DNA of 64,000 bases from Promethearchaeota archaeon. GTDB taxonomy: Archaea; Asgardarchaeota; Lokiarchaeia; Sigyniarchaeales; SOKP01. The notes beneath the pieces were generated by a model. That model saw only the letters and a list, made by a program, of their open reading frames with translations. It searched no databases and was not told the origin of the DNA. The first letter of the stretch is position 1. Each line of letters starts with the position of its first letter. The DNA lies in the NCBI GenBank assembly GCA_030603385.1, contig JAUVXW010000004.1, forward strand, positions 93,088 through 157,087. The letters run 5' to 3'. Shown here piece by piece: positions 11,030 to 22,003 of the stretch. Position numbers and translations under genes: made by a program.

Positions 11030-12343
11030 TTGCGTGAGAATTCATTTTATATTGAAACTTATGGCTGTGCTTCAAATAAAGCAGATTCTTATATTATTTC
11101 AACAATTTTATCAAATTCAGGTTATGTTCAAGCAAAATTAGAAGATGCTCAATTTCTAATTATTAATACGTGTGGGGTCAAGGAACAGACTGAAAACAAG
11201 ATAAAGGACCGATTGAAAAAGTTACATGAATTATATCGCAATAAATCTAATATTTATGTCATTATTGCTGGTTGTTTACCTCACATCACACCTGAATATA
11301 TTAATGTTATTAAAAAGATTATCCCCTCATTTTCAGCTATTATAGATTTAGATAATTTTAAAGAACTTCCAGAAATATTCGATGAAATTAAACTTGGTAA
11401 TAAAAATCGAATTTACAAATCAGAAAGATCAATTGATAAGGCAGAAATTTTAATAAATCATTCAATTGGAAAAATCACAGGAATAATACCAATTTCAGAA
11501 GGCTGTCTCGGTTCTTGCACTTATTGTTGTGTTAAGCATGTCAGAGGAAAATTATATTGCTACAATCCTAAAAATATTGTTCAAAATGTCAAATATCAAT
11601 TAGAACAAGGGATTAAACAGATTTATTTAACTTCCCAAGATTGTAGTATTTATCAATATCAAGGGGCTCAATTATCGAGTTTAATAAAAGATATTATTAA
11701 TTTAGATTTTAAATTTTATTTAAGAATTGGAATGATTAATCCAAGCTTTTTAATTAATAATACAGAACAATTAATCTCAATTTTCAAACAACCAAAAGTA
11801 TATCAATTTCTACATATACCTATTCAATCTGGGAGTAATAAGATTCTTAAAGAGATGCAAAGAAAATATCTAATTTCTGATATCCTAGATAATCTTGAAC
11901 TTTTAAGAAATGAATTTCCTCATCTTACAATTTCCACAGATATCATATGTGGTTTTCCTGGTGAAACGGAATACGATTTCTATAGAACTATAAATTTTAT
12001 TAAGTGGTTAAAGCCTGATATTCTAAATATTTCAAAATTTACTCCTAGACCTGGCACAAAAGCAAAAAACATGAAGCAGCTAGACAGTAAATTAATAAAA
12101 AAAAGGTCAATAAGGTTATCGAACGTTTTTCGGAACAGTTTAAAGCATATCAACGATAATTGGAAAGACTGGGAAGGTGAGGTTCTTCTATTACACGAAG
12201 GATCTGAGAAATCCCAAGCTTTTGGGAGAAATTTTGCTTATAAAAATGTATTTATCGATAATTATAAAGGCAAATTCGGTAAATTTGTTAACGTCAAAAT
12301 AGAACGCGTTGAAGGTTTCAATTTGTTTGGAAAAATTATTTAA
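11030..12343 (+). CDS. tRNA methylthiotransferase (MiaB/MtaB radical SAM family)
   Basis: ETYGCASN, NTCGV, GCL, CLGSCTYC, TDIICGFPGET and a TRAM-like C-terminus. Confidence 0.92.
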   Translation: MRENSFYIETYGCASNKADSYIISTILSNSGYVQAKLEDAQFLIINTCGVKEQTENKIKDRLKKLHELYRNKSNIYVIIAGCLPHITPEYINVIKKIIPSFSAIIDLDNFKELPEIFDEIKLGNKNRIYKSERSIDKAEILINHSIGKITGIIPISEGCLGSCTYCCVKHVRGKLYCYNPKNIVQNVKYQLEQGIKQIYLTSQDCSIYQYQGAQLSSLIKDIINLDFKFYLRIGMINPSFLINNTEQLISIFKQPKVYQFLHIPIQSGSNKILKEMQRKYLISDILDNLELLRNEFPHLTISTDIICGFPGETEYDFYRTINFIKWLKPDILNISKFTPRPGTKAKNMKQLDSKLIKKRSIRLSNVFRNSLKHINDNWKDWEGEVLLLHEGSEKSQAFGRNFAYKNVFIDNYKGKFGKFVNVKIERVEGFNLFGKII

Positions 12344-12355
12344 TAAAAAAAAAGA

Positions 12356-12553
12356 TTATTTTTTAAATCTATCTACAAGTAATTCTCCATTCGCTCCGAC
12401 ATTTTCAGGGGTATTTTCGCGGATAATAATTGAAATATGAGGAAAATCTTCAGGGTATCCGTAAATTTCTTTAAATATTTTAGTAAATTGCTTAACTAGT
12501 TTTCTTTTAGTTTCTACATCTCGGGGTGGTCCTTCAATCATAATAATTGGTAT
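12356..12553 (-). CDS. 4-oxalocrotonate tautomerase family (DmpI-like), probable ATA start giving MPIIMIEGPP
   Basis: Family sequence (KRKLV...IIIRENTPENVGANG). The required N-terminal Pro follows an ATA at 12553, downstream of GAGGTGA. Confidence 0.85.
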   Translation of the reverse strand: MPIIMIEGPPRDVETKRKLVKQFTKIFKEIYGYPEDFPHISIIIRENTPENVGANGELLVDRFKK

Positions 12554-12675
12554 TTTTTTCTCACCTCATGATTAATAATGATGTTTTTTATATGAAAATA
12601 TTTATTCTTACTAACCCAAGTAAACTTCCTATTACTAACAATAGATTTAAATGTTATTCGTCTATAATCAAAAAT

Positions 12676-12996
12676 ATGCCATTCAAAGTTTTATTTATTG
12701 CACATGCACCTGATGCAGATTATAAAAAACATAGAAGTGTAATTGATACTGGAATGTATAAATTGTATTCTATAGTTGTTAAAAACCAAGAAGAGGCAGT
12801 ACAAGTATCCAAAGATTATTTGCAAAACGAATCAATAGAAGCTATATTATTGTGTCCTGGATTCAAACATGGTGATGTAGCTGAAATCTTTGAAGCTGTA
12901 GAAGGTAAAGCCAGTGTAAATGTAGCAAGAGGAGATGGCCCAAGTAGCAAGATTTCTGCGGAAGCTAGAAAAAGAGCAGGGTATTTTCGTTCATAA
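12676..12996 (+). CDS. DUF6506-like hypothetical protein
   Basis: AILLCPGF motif. Likely start MPFKVLF at 12676. Confidence 0.65.
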   Translation: MPFKVLFIAHAPDADYKKHRSVIDTGMYKLYSIVVKNQEEAVQVSKDYLQNESIEAILLCPGFKHGDVAEIFEAVEGKASVNVARGDGPSSKISAEARKRAGYFRS

Positions 12997-13043
12997 TTAA
13001 ATCTTACATAATCAACAAGATAAAATAACTAATTATTTTTCAG

Positions 13044-13952
13044 TTAATCCCTTCCTAATTTAAAAGCTTCTAATGCTTTTTTAGCTATATTATCACCCCA
13101 TTCTTGTACAAAATGTCCTGCGTCTTTGATTTCCATCGGTTTGGGGCATCTTGGTATCATTCCTCTTAAAATCTCCATCATGGGTAGTCCAAGTACGGGA
13201 TCTTGCATTCCGACAGCCATAAAAGATTCTCCATTCCATTTATCTTGGAACCAATCACGAGCTCTTCTTGATATTTCAGCACCTGGAGCATCATAACTAG
13301 TTGGAACTAATTGAGGAAATCTTCTAACGCCTGCTTTATACTTAATATCAAGAAAAGGTGCATCATAAGCAACAATATCATCTTGAATTAAAATTGGTGT
13401 TGATCTTAGCATCAAGCTTCCAACATTCATATCAGGAGTTTGACTTACCCAATCTCGAAAGCCTCTAAATCCTTGAGAGATCTCAAAGTCTCCTGTCCCT
13501 AATATCGTGTTCATTATTAGTAATTGTTTGAATTTAGTGGGGAATGTGAGAGGTAATGTAAGACCTAGAATTCCTCCCCAATCTTGACAGACAAGTGTTA
13601 TATTATTTAAATCTAATTCGCTTATAAATTCGATTAGGGAATTCCTATGGAAATCAAAAGTATAAATAGCATCCTCAACAGGTTTATCAGATCTCCCAAA
13701 TCCAAAATAATCAGGAGCCACAACTCGATAGCCTGCATTTAAAAAAATAGGTGCCATCTTACGGTATAGATATGCCCACGTTGGTTGCCCATGAAGGCAC
13801 AAAAATACTTCATTAGAACTTTTTGGACCTTCATCAATGTAATGCATTCTCAAATCTTCAAATCCTTTAAGATTATCAATGTAATGGGGTTTATAAGGGA
13901 AGTTAGGAAGATTCTTAAATCTTTCATCAGGTGTTCTTACAAAATCAATCAT
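13044..13952 (-). CDS. Haloalkane dehalogenase (alpha/beta hydrolase)
   Basis: RTPDERF, HGQPTW, QDWGG and GHFVQE motifs. Confidence 0.9.
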   Translation of the reverse strand: MIDFVRTPDERFKNLPNFPYKPHYIDNLKGFEDLRMHYIDEGPKSSNEVFLCLHGQPTWAYLYRKMAPIFLNAGYRVVAPDYFGFGRSDKPVEDAIYTFDFHRNSLIEFISELDLNNITLVCQDWGGILGLTLPLTFPTKFKQLLIMNTILGTGDFEISQGFRGFRDWVSQTPDMNVGSLMLRSTPILIQDDIVAYDAPFLDIKYKAGVRRFPQLVPTSYDAPGAEISRRARDWFQDKWNGESFMAVGMQDPVLGLPMMEILRGMIPRCPKPMEIKDAGHFVQEWGDNIAKKALEAFKLGRD

Positions 13953-14056
13953 CTAAAACCAACTCCTTATTATATTTTATGTATCTTATAATTTGAAATA
14001 CGTTAGAATATTAATTGATATATTCTAATATTAATCTTTTCAAGAGATATCAAGAA

Positions 14057-15238
14057 ATGACTAAAAAATTATATTGGGAATCTCCCTATGAAACTAAGTT
14101 TACAGCAAAAGTAATATCAATTAAAGAGTCTGGTTTTGTACTTGATAAAACCTTGTTTTATCCAGAAAGTGGTAATCAGGTAAGCGATCATGGTAATTTG
14201 AAAATTAAAAAGTTTAGATTTAAGATTGATGAAGTAACAAAACAAGGAGATGATATTATGCATCATATTACTGTCCCCTATAAAGACAAAATCAACATTG
14301 GAGATAAAGTGGAGGGTGAAATAGATTGGGAATATCGATATGGTTTGATGAAAGCTCACTCATCTCAGCACGTATTTTCAGCGGTTCTAAAAAATACAAA
14401 TGATATTGATACAATGCGTGCAAATCTTAATCATGAAGAAGTATTCCTTCAAACGTCTCAAAATTTAGATTATGAACAATTAAAAGAAATATTATATAAA
14501 GTAAATAACATTTGCACTTCAAAAAACTATAAAATAAGCGCAGAGATTATTCCTCTTATCAAGGCTCAAGAAATAGCTAATAAGATAAGAAGTCAAATTC
14601 CGAAAGAACCTCAAGTTCGCTTAATGGAGATTGAGAATCTAGATCTAGTGTGTTGTGGAGGAACTCATGTTCAAAATACGACAGAAATAGGCTGTCTATT
14701 CATCTATGATTTTAAAAAAGGGAATGAGATTAGATATTATGTAGGAAACAAAGCAACCCTGAATAGTTCAAATATTAATGTTAACCTGATTAATTTAGCT
14801 AATAGTTTAAACATACCCATTTTAAAAATACGAGAGATCGTCAAAAAACGTTTGGAACTCCTTGAAGATATTCAAAATCAACAGAAAGATTTATCCTATA
14901 AGTTCTTGGATGCTATTTCAAAAACACCTTATAAAGTAATTAATAATACATCTTTGTTTTATCTTGAGTTTGATATTGATATAAAAATTCTAAATAAATC
15001 CATAAGTATCTTTCCTCAAAATTCTCTTATTATTGTATTGATGGGAAATAATAGGTTAAGATTACTTTCCTTGAATGAAAGTATAGATGCAAATAAGATT
15101 TTACAAAATATAATTCAGAAATATGATGGTAAAGGAGGGGGAAATTCTAAATCTGCCCAGGCTGTTATAGGAAAAATGCCTGAAGATCTCTTATTTGAGA
15201 TAGAACAATTAATCAATAAAGAATTAGTAGTAAAATAA
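14057..15238 (+). CDS. AlaX-type alanyl-tRNA editing protein with DHHA1 domain
   Basis: HSSQH, CCGGTH and GKGGG motifs. Confidence 0.88.
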   Translation: MTKKLYWESPYETKFTAKVISIKESGFVLDKTLFYPESGNQVSDHGNLKIKKFRFKIDEVTKQGDDIMHHITVPYKDKINIGDKVEGEIDWEYRYGLMKAHSSQHVFSAVLKNTNDIDTMRANLNHEEVFLQTSQNLDYEQLKEILYKVNNICTSKNYKISAEIIPLIKAQEIANKIRSQIPKEPQVRLMEIENLDLVCCGGTHVQNTTEIGCLFIYDFKKGNEIRYYVGNKATLNSSNINVNLINLANSLNIPILKIREIVKKRLELLEDIQNQQKDLSYKFLDAISKTPYKVINNTSLFYLEFDIDIKILNKSISIFPQNSLIIVLMGNNRLRLLSLNESIDANKILQNIIQKYDGKGGGNSKSAQAVIGKMPEDLLFEIEQLINKELVVK

Positions 15239-15248
15239 AAAGTAAGGA

Positions 15249-16136
15249 TTATTTTAACCCGTGCTTCTCTAAAAAGGCTGTTAACCTGATACGATGGAAT
15301 TTTAATCCTAAATCATCCGGATTTTCACCAAAAGCAAGGGCTAATAATTCAGTTATATATAACACAGGTAAACCAAAAGTCTTGTTATCTATTTTTTCTG
15401 CTTTTTTCTGGTTACTATCAAATTGTTGATAACACGCAGGACAATTTACAATCATAACTTCTGCGCCAGCATTCATAGCACTCGTTAATTTATTTGATAA
15501 TATTTGCATAGCGGGTTCTTCTTCCGTATTGCCAACGCCAGTACCGCAGCATAGCATTTCTTCTTCATAATCAACTGGAATCGCACCTGCTGCCGCCACA
15601 ATTTCTCTCAATTTAACAGGTTTCATAGGATCATCGGTTTGTACTTTTTCGGAAGGTCTATTATAATGACAACCTGTATGGCACGCAACCTTTAGACCAG
15701 ATAAATCTTTTTTAACAAATTCTTTAATTTTTTCTGCTCCAAGTTCATGTAAAACTTCTACAAAATGCTTCACATTGATTGTACCTTTAAATTCTCTTCC
15801 GACGGTTTTTAATAATTTATTTATTTTCTCTTTTTCATGATCATCATGTTTTAATTCTTCATTAACAAGTTTAAGAGTTTGAAAACATCCATTACATAAA
15901 GAGATAATATTCTTTCCTTCTTCTTCGGCAATGGTTAGGTTTCTTGCACCCATCGCTAACCAGCTAAGATGATCAGTGCTATTGAAACCAACTGGATCTG
16001 GACAACATGCAAATGCAGCATCAGAAGTGTTAATTCCTAATTTATCAAAAACTTTTCTTGCAGATGCCTCAATAAACGGAATTCGATTACCAATGACGCA
16101 TCCTTGAAACATCTTGTATTCTTCAGCTTTAGCCAT
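15249..16136 (-). CDS. hdrB: Heterodisulfide reductase subunit B paralog
   Basis: GC...CC...CNGC and GCH...CCG...CPAC domains. Confidence 0.88.
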   Translation of the reverse strand: MAKAEEYKMFQGCVIGNRIPFIEASARKVFDKLGINTSDAAFACCPDPVGFNSTDHLSWLAMGARNLTIAEEEGKNIISLCNGCFQTLKLVNEELKHDDHEKEKINKLLKTVGREFKGTINVKHFVEVLHELGAEKIKEFVKKDLSGLKVACHTGCHYNRPSEKVQTDDPMKPVKLREIVAAAGAIPVDYEEEMLCCGTGVGNTEEEPAMQILSNKLTSAMNAGAEVMIVNCPACYQQFDSNQKKAEKIDNKTFGLPVLYITELLALAFGENPDDLGLKFHRIRLTAFLEKHGLK

Positions 16137-16302
16137 AATATTTACACTTTTTTAGAGTTAATTTTAGTAAATTAGTGTTTGTATTACTTAATATTTAGAT
16201 CTATTAAGAATTAATTAAAAAATTTGTTAAATAATTCAATAAGTTCTATATTACACACAAGAATAAAATAAATATAGAAAAAAATAGAAAAAATTTTGTC
16301 GT

Positions 16303-16734
16303 TTAATCTTTCTTTAACTTAATTCGTGCAAGTATTGTAAGAAATATACCCAAGAAACCATAACTACCGTGGACTATTCCTGAAACGATTCCTTCTACCT
16401 CTTCGACTATTGATCCCTCAAATATACCTGAAATAAAAAAGATTATCAGACTAATTAAACCCATACCAGCACCTAGACTAATTAGGAATTTTCCCAATCT
16501 ATAATGATCCATCGCAACAATAAGAGCTCCTGTGATAATAGATATTCCTCCTCCCATTGCTACATATCCTAAGACCTGTATAACAAGGGATACAATCTTA
16601 GCTACATCTTCTCCAACATCAGCCTCAATTAAATCAAAAAGTGTTTCGAAAAATGCAATACTCCCCACAACGGAACTAATAATCATTAAAATTCCGCCGA
16701 TTATACATAGTAGAATCCATTTTTTGTTTTCCAT
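16303..16734 (-). CDS. Membrane protein, paralog of 17921-18544
   Basis: Four TM segments, shared IIGGILMI.SS.VGSI. Confidence 0.75.
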   Translation of the reverse strand: MENKKWILLCIIGGILMIISSVVGSIAFFETLFDLIEADVGEDVAKIVSLVIQVLGYVAMGGGISIITGALIVAMDHYRLGKFLISLGAGMGLISLIIFFISGIFEGSIVEEVEGIVSGIVHGSYGFLGIFLTILARIKLKKD

Positions 16735-16860
16735 TATTTTTTAAACCTCTTAGATTTAGATTTATGTAATTTTAATTGTATGATTAAAATTTAAAAGCTT
16801 TTTCTATAATTTAAAAGTCTTAAAAAAATAGCTTTTTCTAAGATATAAAACGTGGGAAAA

Positions 16861-17676
16861 TTAGGTTTCAATTCTTTCCGGATGAGTATATATATTCATT
16901 CTAGCTCCACGTGCAAAACCTATTAATGTGATTCCATAAGCAAAAGCTAATCTAATACCCGATTCTATTGCCGCTGAGAATGAGGCTACAATAGGAATTT
17001 TGGCCTGTATCGCTTTTAAAACTGAATCACTTGTTAATCGACCGGTTGATGTTAAAAAAACGTTTTCAAAGCTATGCTTTTTCAGCAGCATTTCACCAAT
17101 TACTTTATCAATTGCGTTATGCCTACCAATATCTTCTTTTACAGCTAGTAAATTTCCTTCATTATCAAAAATAGCAGCACCGTGACATCCACCTGTTTCT
17201 CTATATAAAGGAGTAGCTAGTTGCATCTTTTTAATAGCAGAAAAAATTACATCTGAATTAATTTTTATTGATCCCTTAGACTTCAATTCTTCTTTAACAT
17301 TAGCACTGTCTAAACTGTTTTTAATTACTTTCCGCCAAGGTGAGGGAATACCACAGGTTGTATCAACAACTCTGCTTACTGGATTCATATCAATATCTTC
17401 AATTTTAAAGTCTACCGTATTTTGTAATTCGATAAAAATATTATTTTCTAATTCTGCTATTTTTATTTCTTTAACGTCATTAACGGAATTTATAATCCCT
17501 ACAGAAAATAAAAATCCAAATGCTAATTCTTTAAGGTCCTTAGGTAAACAGATGATATTTACCAGTGGTTCTGAATCAATAAATATATCAACAGGGCTTT
17601 CGATAAGAACGATATCTTGTAGATCTTCTTTTTCTTTTTTTTTAATTCTAGTGATATTTACTTTCCGCTTGAACAA
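16861..17676 (-). CDS. fdhD: Formate dehydrogenase accessory sulfurtransferase FdhD
   Basis: TGGCHGAA, EDIGRHNAIDK and TGR motifs. Confidence 0.92.
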   Translation of the reverse strand: MFKRKVNITRIKKKEKEDLQDIVLIESPVDIFIDSEPLVNIICLPKDLKELAFGFLFSVGIINSVNDVKEIKIAELENNIFIELQNTVDFKIEDIDMNPVSRVVDTTCGIPSPWRKVIKNSLDSANVKEELKSKGSIKINSDVIFSAIKKMQLATPLYRETGGCHGAAIFDNEGNLLAVKEDIGRHNAIDKVIGEMLLKKHSFENVFLTSTGRLTSDSVLKAIQAKIPIVASFSAAIESGIRLAFAYGITLIGFARGARMNIYTHPERIET

Positions 17677-17920
17677 AGTTTCGACCTATATCTAATTCTC
17701 TAAATTATTTTATAAACAGTAATCTAAAATAGTTATTGAAACATAAATTTTAAAAAAATCTTTTATCCATTATAAATTTGTAAAGTAAAATTGAATTAAA
17801 AAAAAAGTCATTTAATTTTGGCTTCTTTTGTGAGATTTCTTTCTCTTTTCAACAAGAATAATTGTTAATATTAACTATAAATATGGGAAGCAGTTAAAAA
17901 TAGAAAGTTAAACACTTTTA

Positions 17921-18544
17921 TCAATTTTCAAAACTGCTTCCACAGCTATTACAGAAAAGTGCATTTATAGGTAGTTCAACACCACAATTGGGGCAAAACT
18001 TATTCTCTGAAGTTATTGGTTGGGTAGATTCCCCCTCTTCCTCACTAATCTCCGTCGTTTTGGATTCTTCTTTTGCTTCTTTTTCCTTTTTTGGTTTTTT
18101 AATAAACATACGTCCAACAACTGCTGATGCAACACCTATAAATTGTAAACTGGCACCATAGGTAAAAAATCCTTTAAGTCTGGCTAAATAACTCAAAATC
18201 TGTGGATCGGAGATAACATCTGTAGCATCTACAATTTTTGAAATCAGCCATATTATCAATGCAAGCGATCCAAAAGTTAATCCAATACCAACTATCCATT
18301 TTCCTACCCTAATCTGATTCAACATTATTAAAAATGCTCCAACTATAATTGCTCCGCCACCCCAGTCTGCGATAAATCTGATTATAGTTAATATTATTTC
18401 TAGTAATGGTCTTAAATCTGGATCTACTTCAGTAGATATCATGTCATATAGAAATTCATAAATTCCGATACTCCCAACTGCAGAACTTAAAATCATTAGT
18501 ATTCCACCAATGATCAATAAGATGATTCCAGTTTTATGCTTCAT
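17921..18544 (-). CDS. Membrane protein with C-terminal zinc ribbon
   Basis: TM segments followed by CPNC...CNSC. Confidence 0.75.
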   Translation of the reverse strand: MKHKTGIILLIIGGILMILSSAVGSIGIYEFLYDMISTEVDPDLRPLLEIILTIIRFIADWGGGAIIVGAFLIMLNQIRVGKWIVGIGLTFGSLALIIWLISKIVDATDVISDPQILSYLARLKGFFTYGASLQFIGVASAVVGRMFIKKPKKEKEAKEESKTTEISEEEGESTQPITSENKFCPNCGVELPINALFCNSCGSSFEN

Positions 18545-18687
18545 ATTATTATTATCTCATTATCGTTTTTAATCTAATAATTATTATACATCCATTAAAA
18601 ATAATTAATATTATTGTTATTATTAATCATAATCAATAAGGAATATCGAAATAAAATTTATAAAATGAGAATACAAATTCAAAAATT

Positions 18688-19539
18688 TTAGGCAGCGATA
18701 AATAATCTGCCATTAGAACTATTTGAGATTTCTCCAGTTTTTTTATCAATTTTAGAATGATTTTTTTCAACAGAATGATCTCCACTATATTCGATAAATT
18801 TTCCAGTTATCTTTTCTCCGCTCATTAAAACAATTTCTTTTACTTCACCGATTTTCTTATAGGAGGGAAGTATTCTTGACACTTTACCTTTAACTACAAT
18901 TGTACCTCTGACTTGGTCTGCGCCTGCACATCGATTGCAGTTCCCCTCAACAATAATGGTCCCTCCATGACTGTGAATTCCTAATAGGGATCCAGCACTT
19001 CCACAAATCAATGTTGGGAATCTTTTTCCGGGTTTTGAGCCGTTTACCCAAGTTAAAGCTTCGTCACCTATTTTACCATGAACTTTTATTGTTCCATTTT
19101 GCATTCCTTTCCAAAAGCCTCTATAAGCAGCACCAACATAATGACCGGCATCTCCAGTAATCTCTAATTCACCACCATTTAACATTGCGCCAGCCCAATC
19201 ATCAGCATTCCCATTAACTAGTATTTTACCACCCGTCATTTTGTTGCCAACATGCATACCCACATTTCCATTTACAACAATTTCACCCGCACTCATCTTT
19301 TCACCGATGCGTTTGACATTGGAAAGATTGCCCTCTATAACGACTTTTAAATCAGCTATTTCTCCCGATTTTCCGGATATATCAAAAAAATCTCCTAAAG
19401 ATTTTTCTTCATTACCATGGAAAACTGTTAACTTCTTGATATCTGTTAAGGTTTTTCCAGCGAATTGATCTGGGCTAATAACATCTGCTTCTAAGGGAAA
19501 TTCAGATTCTTTCTTTAGCTTTAATTTAATTTCGGTCAT
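18688..19539 (-). CDS. fwdC: Formylmethanofuran dehydrogenase subunit C
   Basis: GXGXG repeats, GAAYRG and operon context. Confidence 0.92.
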   Translation of the reverse strand: MTEIKLKLKKESEFPLEADVISPDQFAGKTLTDIKKLTVFHGNEEKSLGDFFDISGKSGEIADLKVVIEGNLSNVKRIGEKMSAGEIVVNGNVGMHVGNKMTGGKILVNGNADDWAGAMLNGGELEITGDAGHYVGAAYRGFWKGMQNGTIKVHGKIGDEALTWVNGSKPGKRFPTLICGSAGSLLGIHSHGGTIIVEGNCNRCAGADQVRGTIVVKGKVSRILPSYKKIGEVKEIVLMSGEKITGKFIEYSGDHSVEKNHSKIDKKTGEISNSSNGRLFIAA

Positions 19540-19542
19540 AAT

Positions 19543-20868
19543 TTACATCCCCTTTTTCTTTTTTACTACTTCAACTAATCTTTCTAGAATCTCTTTATCT
19601 GTTAAACAATCTCCAGGAGCATCTTTCACTTTTCTCAATCTGATCGGAACATTATCCATTCGATATGCTGTACCTTCACATTCAATTCCTGCAATAGCGG
19701 GAGGTAATATAACATCAGCATTCACAGAAGTCGGAGTATGATGCGGTTCAATTGATATTAAAGGATGTTTAAACATGTTTTTTACTGCTGCTGCTGGAAA
19801 ATTGCTTGCAGGATCGGATGCTACTATTAAAGATGCATCAATTTCATTTCTAATTAGTACATCAACAGATGAAAATTCTCCCGGATTATATCGGGGATAT
19901 CCTTTTGAAAAATCAATAGAATATGAATATCCTGTTTGCCATGTGAATACTTGATTTGCTCCAGCAACATTATAGTGCCCTCTCATTGGAGTTAATAAAA
20001 ATTTCGTATAATCATTTAATTCCCTTACTAAACAAATTGCTGCATCGACATTTCTATGGTGTGAAAGAGATTGTGTTAAACCCATCCCGAAAAAGATAAC
20101 ACCAAAGTTACAGGTTTTTAATTTGTTTACCAATTCAATAATATTTTCCATCGGAACTCCAGAAATTTCTTTGCTGTCTAATTCGGTACCCCTAAGAATG
20201 GCTCTAATTGCGTTTAATAATTCATAATCTTCACTTGGTTTTACTTGAACGAATAAATCCGCTATTTGAGCAGTGTGAAAATTTCTAGGATCAACAACTA
20301 TTATAAATCTATCATTTCTTCCATCTTTTCTAAAATATCCTCTTACAAACTCACTATATCTACTAAGATGTCTCGGATGAGCATGAACAGGATTACAACC
20401 CCAAAAAACTATAAGATCTGCTCTATTCTTATATTCCCCTAAAGTTGAGGTGGGGGCTCCAACATCTTGAATTGCTAATAATGATGGACCATGACATACA
20501 GAAGCAGTATTATCTAATACAGCACCTAAAATTTCTGCTAATTCAACTCCTTTACCTTGAGCCTCACATTCAGTACTAGAAAATCCATATAGCAACGGTC
20601 TTTTAGCTTTTACTAAGATATCCGCTGCTTTATTTAGTGCTTCATCCCAAGATACTTCCTTAAAAGAACCATTATATTTAATTAAAGGTTTTTCATATCG
20701 ATGATCACTAGGATTTGAAGCAAAATATTTTTTAGCACCTATTTGGCAGCCGTTTCTAACTTCTATAACTTTGTTTTCTTTAATATCAACATCTACTTCC
20801 AAATCATCACATAAAGTTCCACAAAAAGGACAAACTACATCTGTGATTGTATTGATTTTTTCTACCAT
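19543..20868 (-). CDS. fwdB: Formylmethanofuran dehydrogenase subunit B (Cys form)
   Basis: CPFCGTLCDD, SVCHGP and PMRGHYNV motifs. Confidence 0.93.
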   Translation of the reverse strand: MVEKINTITDVVCPFCGTLCDDLEVDVDIKENKVIEVRNGCQIGAKKYFASNPSDHRYEKPLIKYNGSFKEVSWDEALNKAADILVKAKRPLLYGFSSTECEAQGKGVELAEILGAVLDNTASVCHGPSLLAIQDVGAPTSTLGEYKNRADLIVFWGCNPVHAHPRHLSRYSEFVRGYFRKDGRNDRFIIVVDPRNFHTAQIADLFVQVKPSEDYELLNAIRAILRGTELDSKEISGVPMENIIELVNKLKTCNFGVIFFGMGLTQSLSHHRNVDAAICLVRELNDYTKFLLTPMRGHYNVAGANQVFTWQTGYSYSIDFSKGYPRYNPGEFSSVDVLIRNEIDASLIVASDPASNFPAAAVKNMFKHPLISIEPHHTPTSVNADVILPPAIAGIECEGTAYRMDNVPIRLRKVKDAPGDCLTDKEILERLVEVVKKKKGM

Positions 20869-20870
20869 AT

Positions 20871-21266
20871 TCAAGCCTCCTTTAATGTATTTATTAATTC
20901 TACTGCGCCTAATACTTTGCCATTTGGAATTGCTTCAACAGTTGCTTTCATACCTTTATAAGTCGGCGTTCCACAAGATTGTGAATCAGGATTTACAACT
21001 TGATTAGCCCATGGGCCCATAGGTATGAAAATAATTCCTGGATGAGGTCCTTCTTCTGATATTGTAGAATAAACTAAAACCTCACCAAAATCAGTAGCAA
21101 CTTTTATCGGAGTTCCTACAAGACAATCTAGTTTCTTAAAATCTTCTTTATCAAATGCACAGATCGCAGCAGCACGTACACTTTCTCTAGATACTTTCCC
21201 GCCTTCAAGTGCAACACCTTGATCTATTGTTCGACATGTAATTAATATTAAATTATTCATACTCAT
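20871..21266 (-). CDS. fwdD: Formylmethanofuran dehydrogenase subunit D
   Basis: RTIDQG, FIPMGPWAN and GTPTYKG motifs. Confidence 0.92.
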   Translation of the reverse strand: MSMNNLILITCRTIDQGVALEGGKVSRESVRAAAICAFDKEDFKKLDCLVGTPIKVATDFGEVLVYSTISEEGPHPGIIFIPMGPWANQVVNPDSQSCGTPTYKGMKATVEAIPNGKVLGAVELINTLKEA

Positions 21267-21270
21267 TTTT

Positions 21271-21993
21271 CTATTCCTCCTTCTCTGCTTCACTCCATCG
21301 TAAAGTTTTTAATCGTTCCAAAAGCGGTTCCCAAAACATTTTACTAAATTCTCCTGATGTTTTAACATCAGTAATCTCTAATTTAACCGCTCCCGTAGGA
21401 CAACCATTGTCACAAGAACCACAGAAAACGCATTTCTCTTCATCTACAGCCACATTTGGGACGGACTCCCATCCTTTATCTGATTTTTCTGGAACAGATA
21501 TTGCCCCTGACGGACATACCTCATAGCAAGTTTGACATCCACCAGGACATTCTTCATCAACGATGCTTATTTTCCCATCTGTATATTGTTTAACAACTCT
21601 TTCAATATCATTATAACTAGCAATCTTTTTTGCTTCAAATTCCAATTTAGGAACAACATGTTCTTTTACTATTTGGATATCGTTTAGCTCAATGACTTCA
21701 CCATCTTTTTTTAATGTCAGGGCACTAAAAGGACACATATATACACAAGTTCCGCAGAAAACACAAGCTTCAGGGTCATATATCTCAGGTATTATATCTT
21801 CTAAAGTTGGAAAACGACGGGATGTACCAACAGGGCCTCGTGAAATTGCGTCTTTGGGACAAACCCGGGCGCAAGTTCCGCAACCAATACATTTGGTTTT
21901 ATCTAATATTAATTCTAAACTTTCAGTAAGGAATTGAACTTTTACATGCTCTATCTCTTTACTAATTGATCTTGAAATTTTTGGAAATGAAAT
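21271..21993 (-). CDS. fwdF: Polyferredoxin (FwdF-like), probable ATT start, 240 aa
   Basis: Frame is open upstream of the track's start and contains CIGCGTCARVCP and CVFCGTCVYMCP. Begins at ATT after GAGGTG and an in-frame TAA. Confidence 0.82.
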   Translation of the reverse strand: MSFPKISRSISKEIEHVKVQFLTESLELILDKTKCIGCGTCARVCPKDAISRGPVGTSRRFPTLEDIIPEIYDPEACVFCGTCVYMCPFSALTLKKDGEVIELNDIQIVKEHVVPKLEFEAKKIASYNDIERVVKQYTDGKISIVDEECPGGCQTCYEVCPSGAISVPEKSDKGWESVPNVAVDEEKCVFCGSCDNGCPTGAVKLEITDVKTSGEFSKMFWEPLLERLKTLRWSEAEKEE

Positions 21994-22003
21994 TTAAAAC
22001 ACC

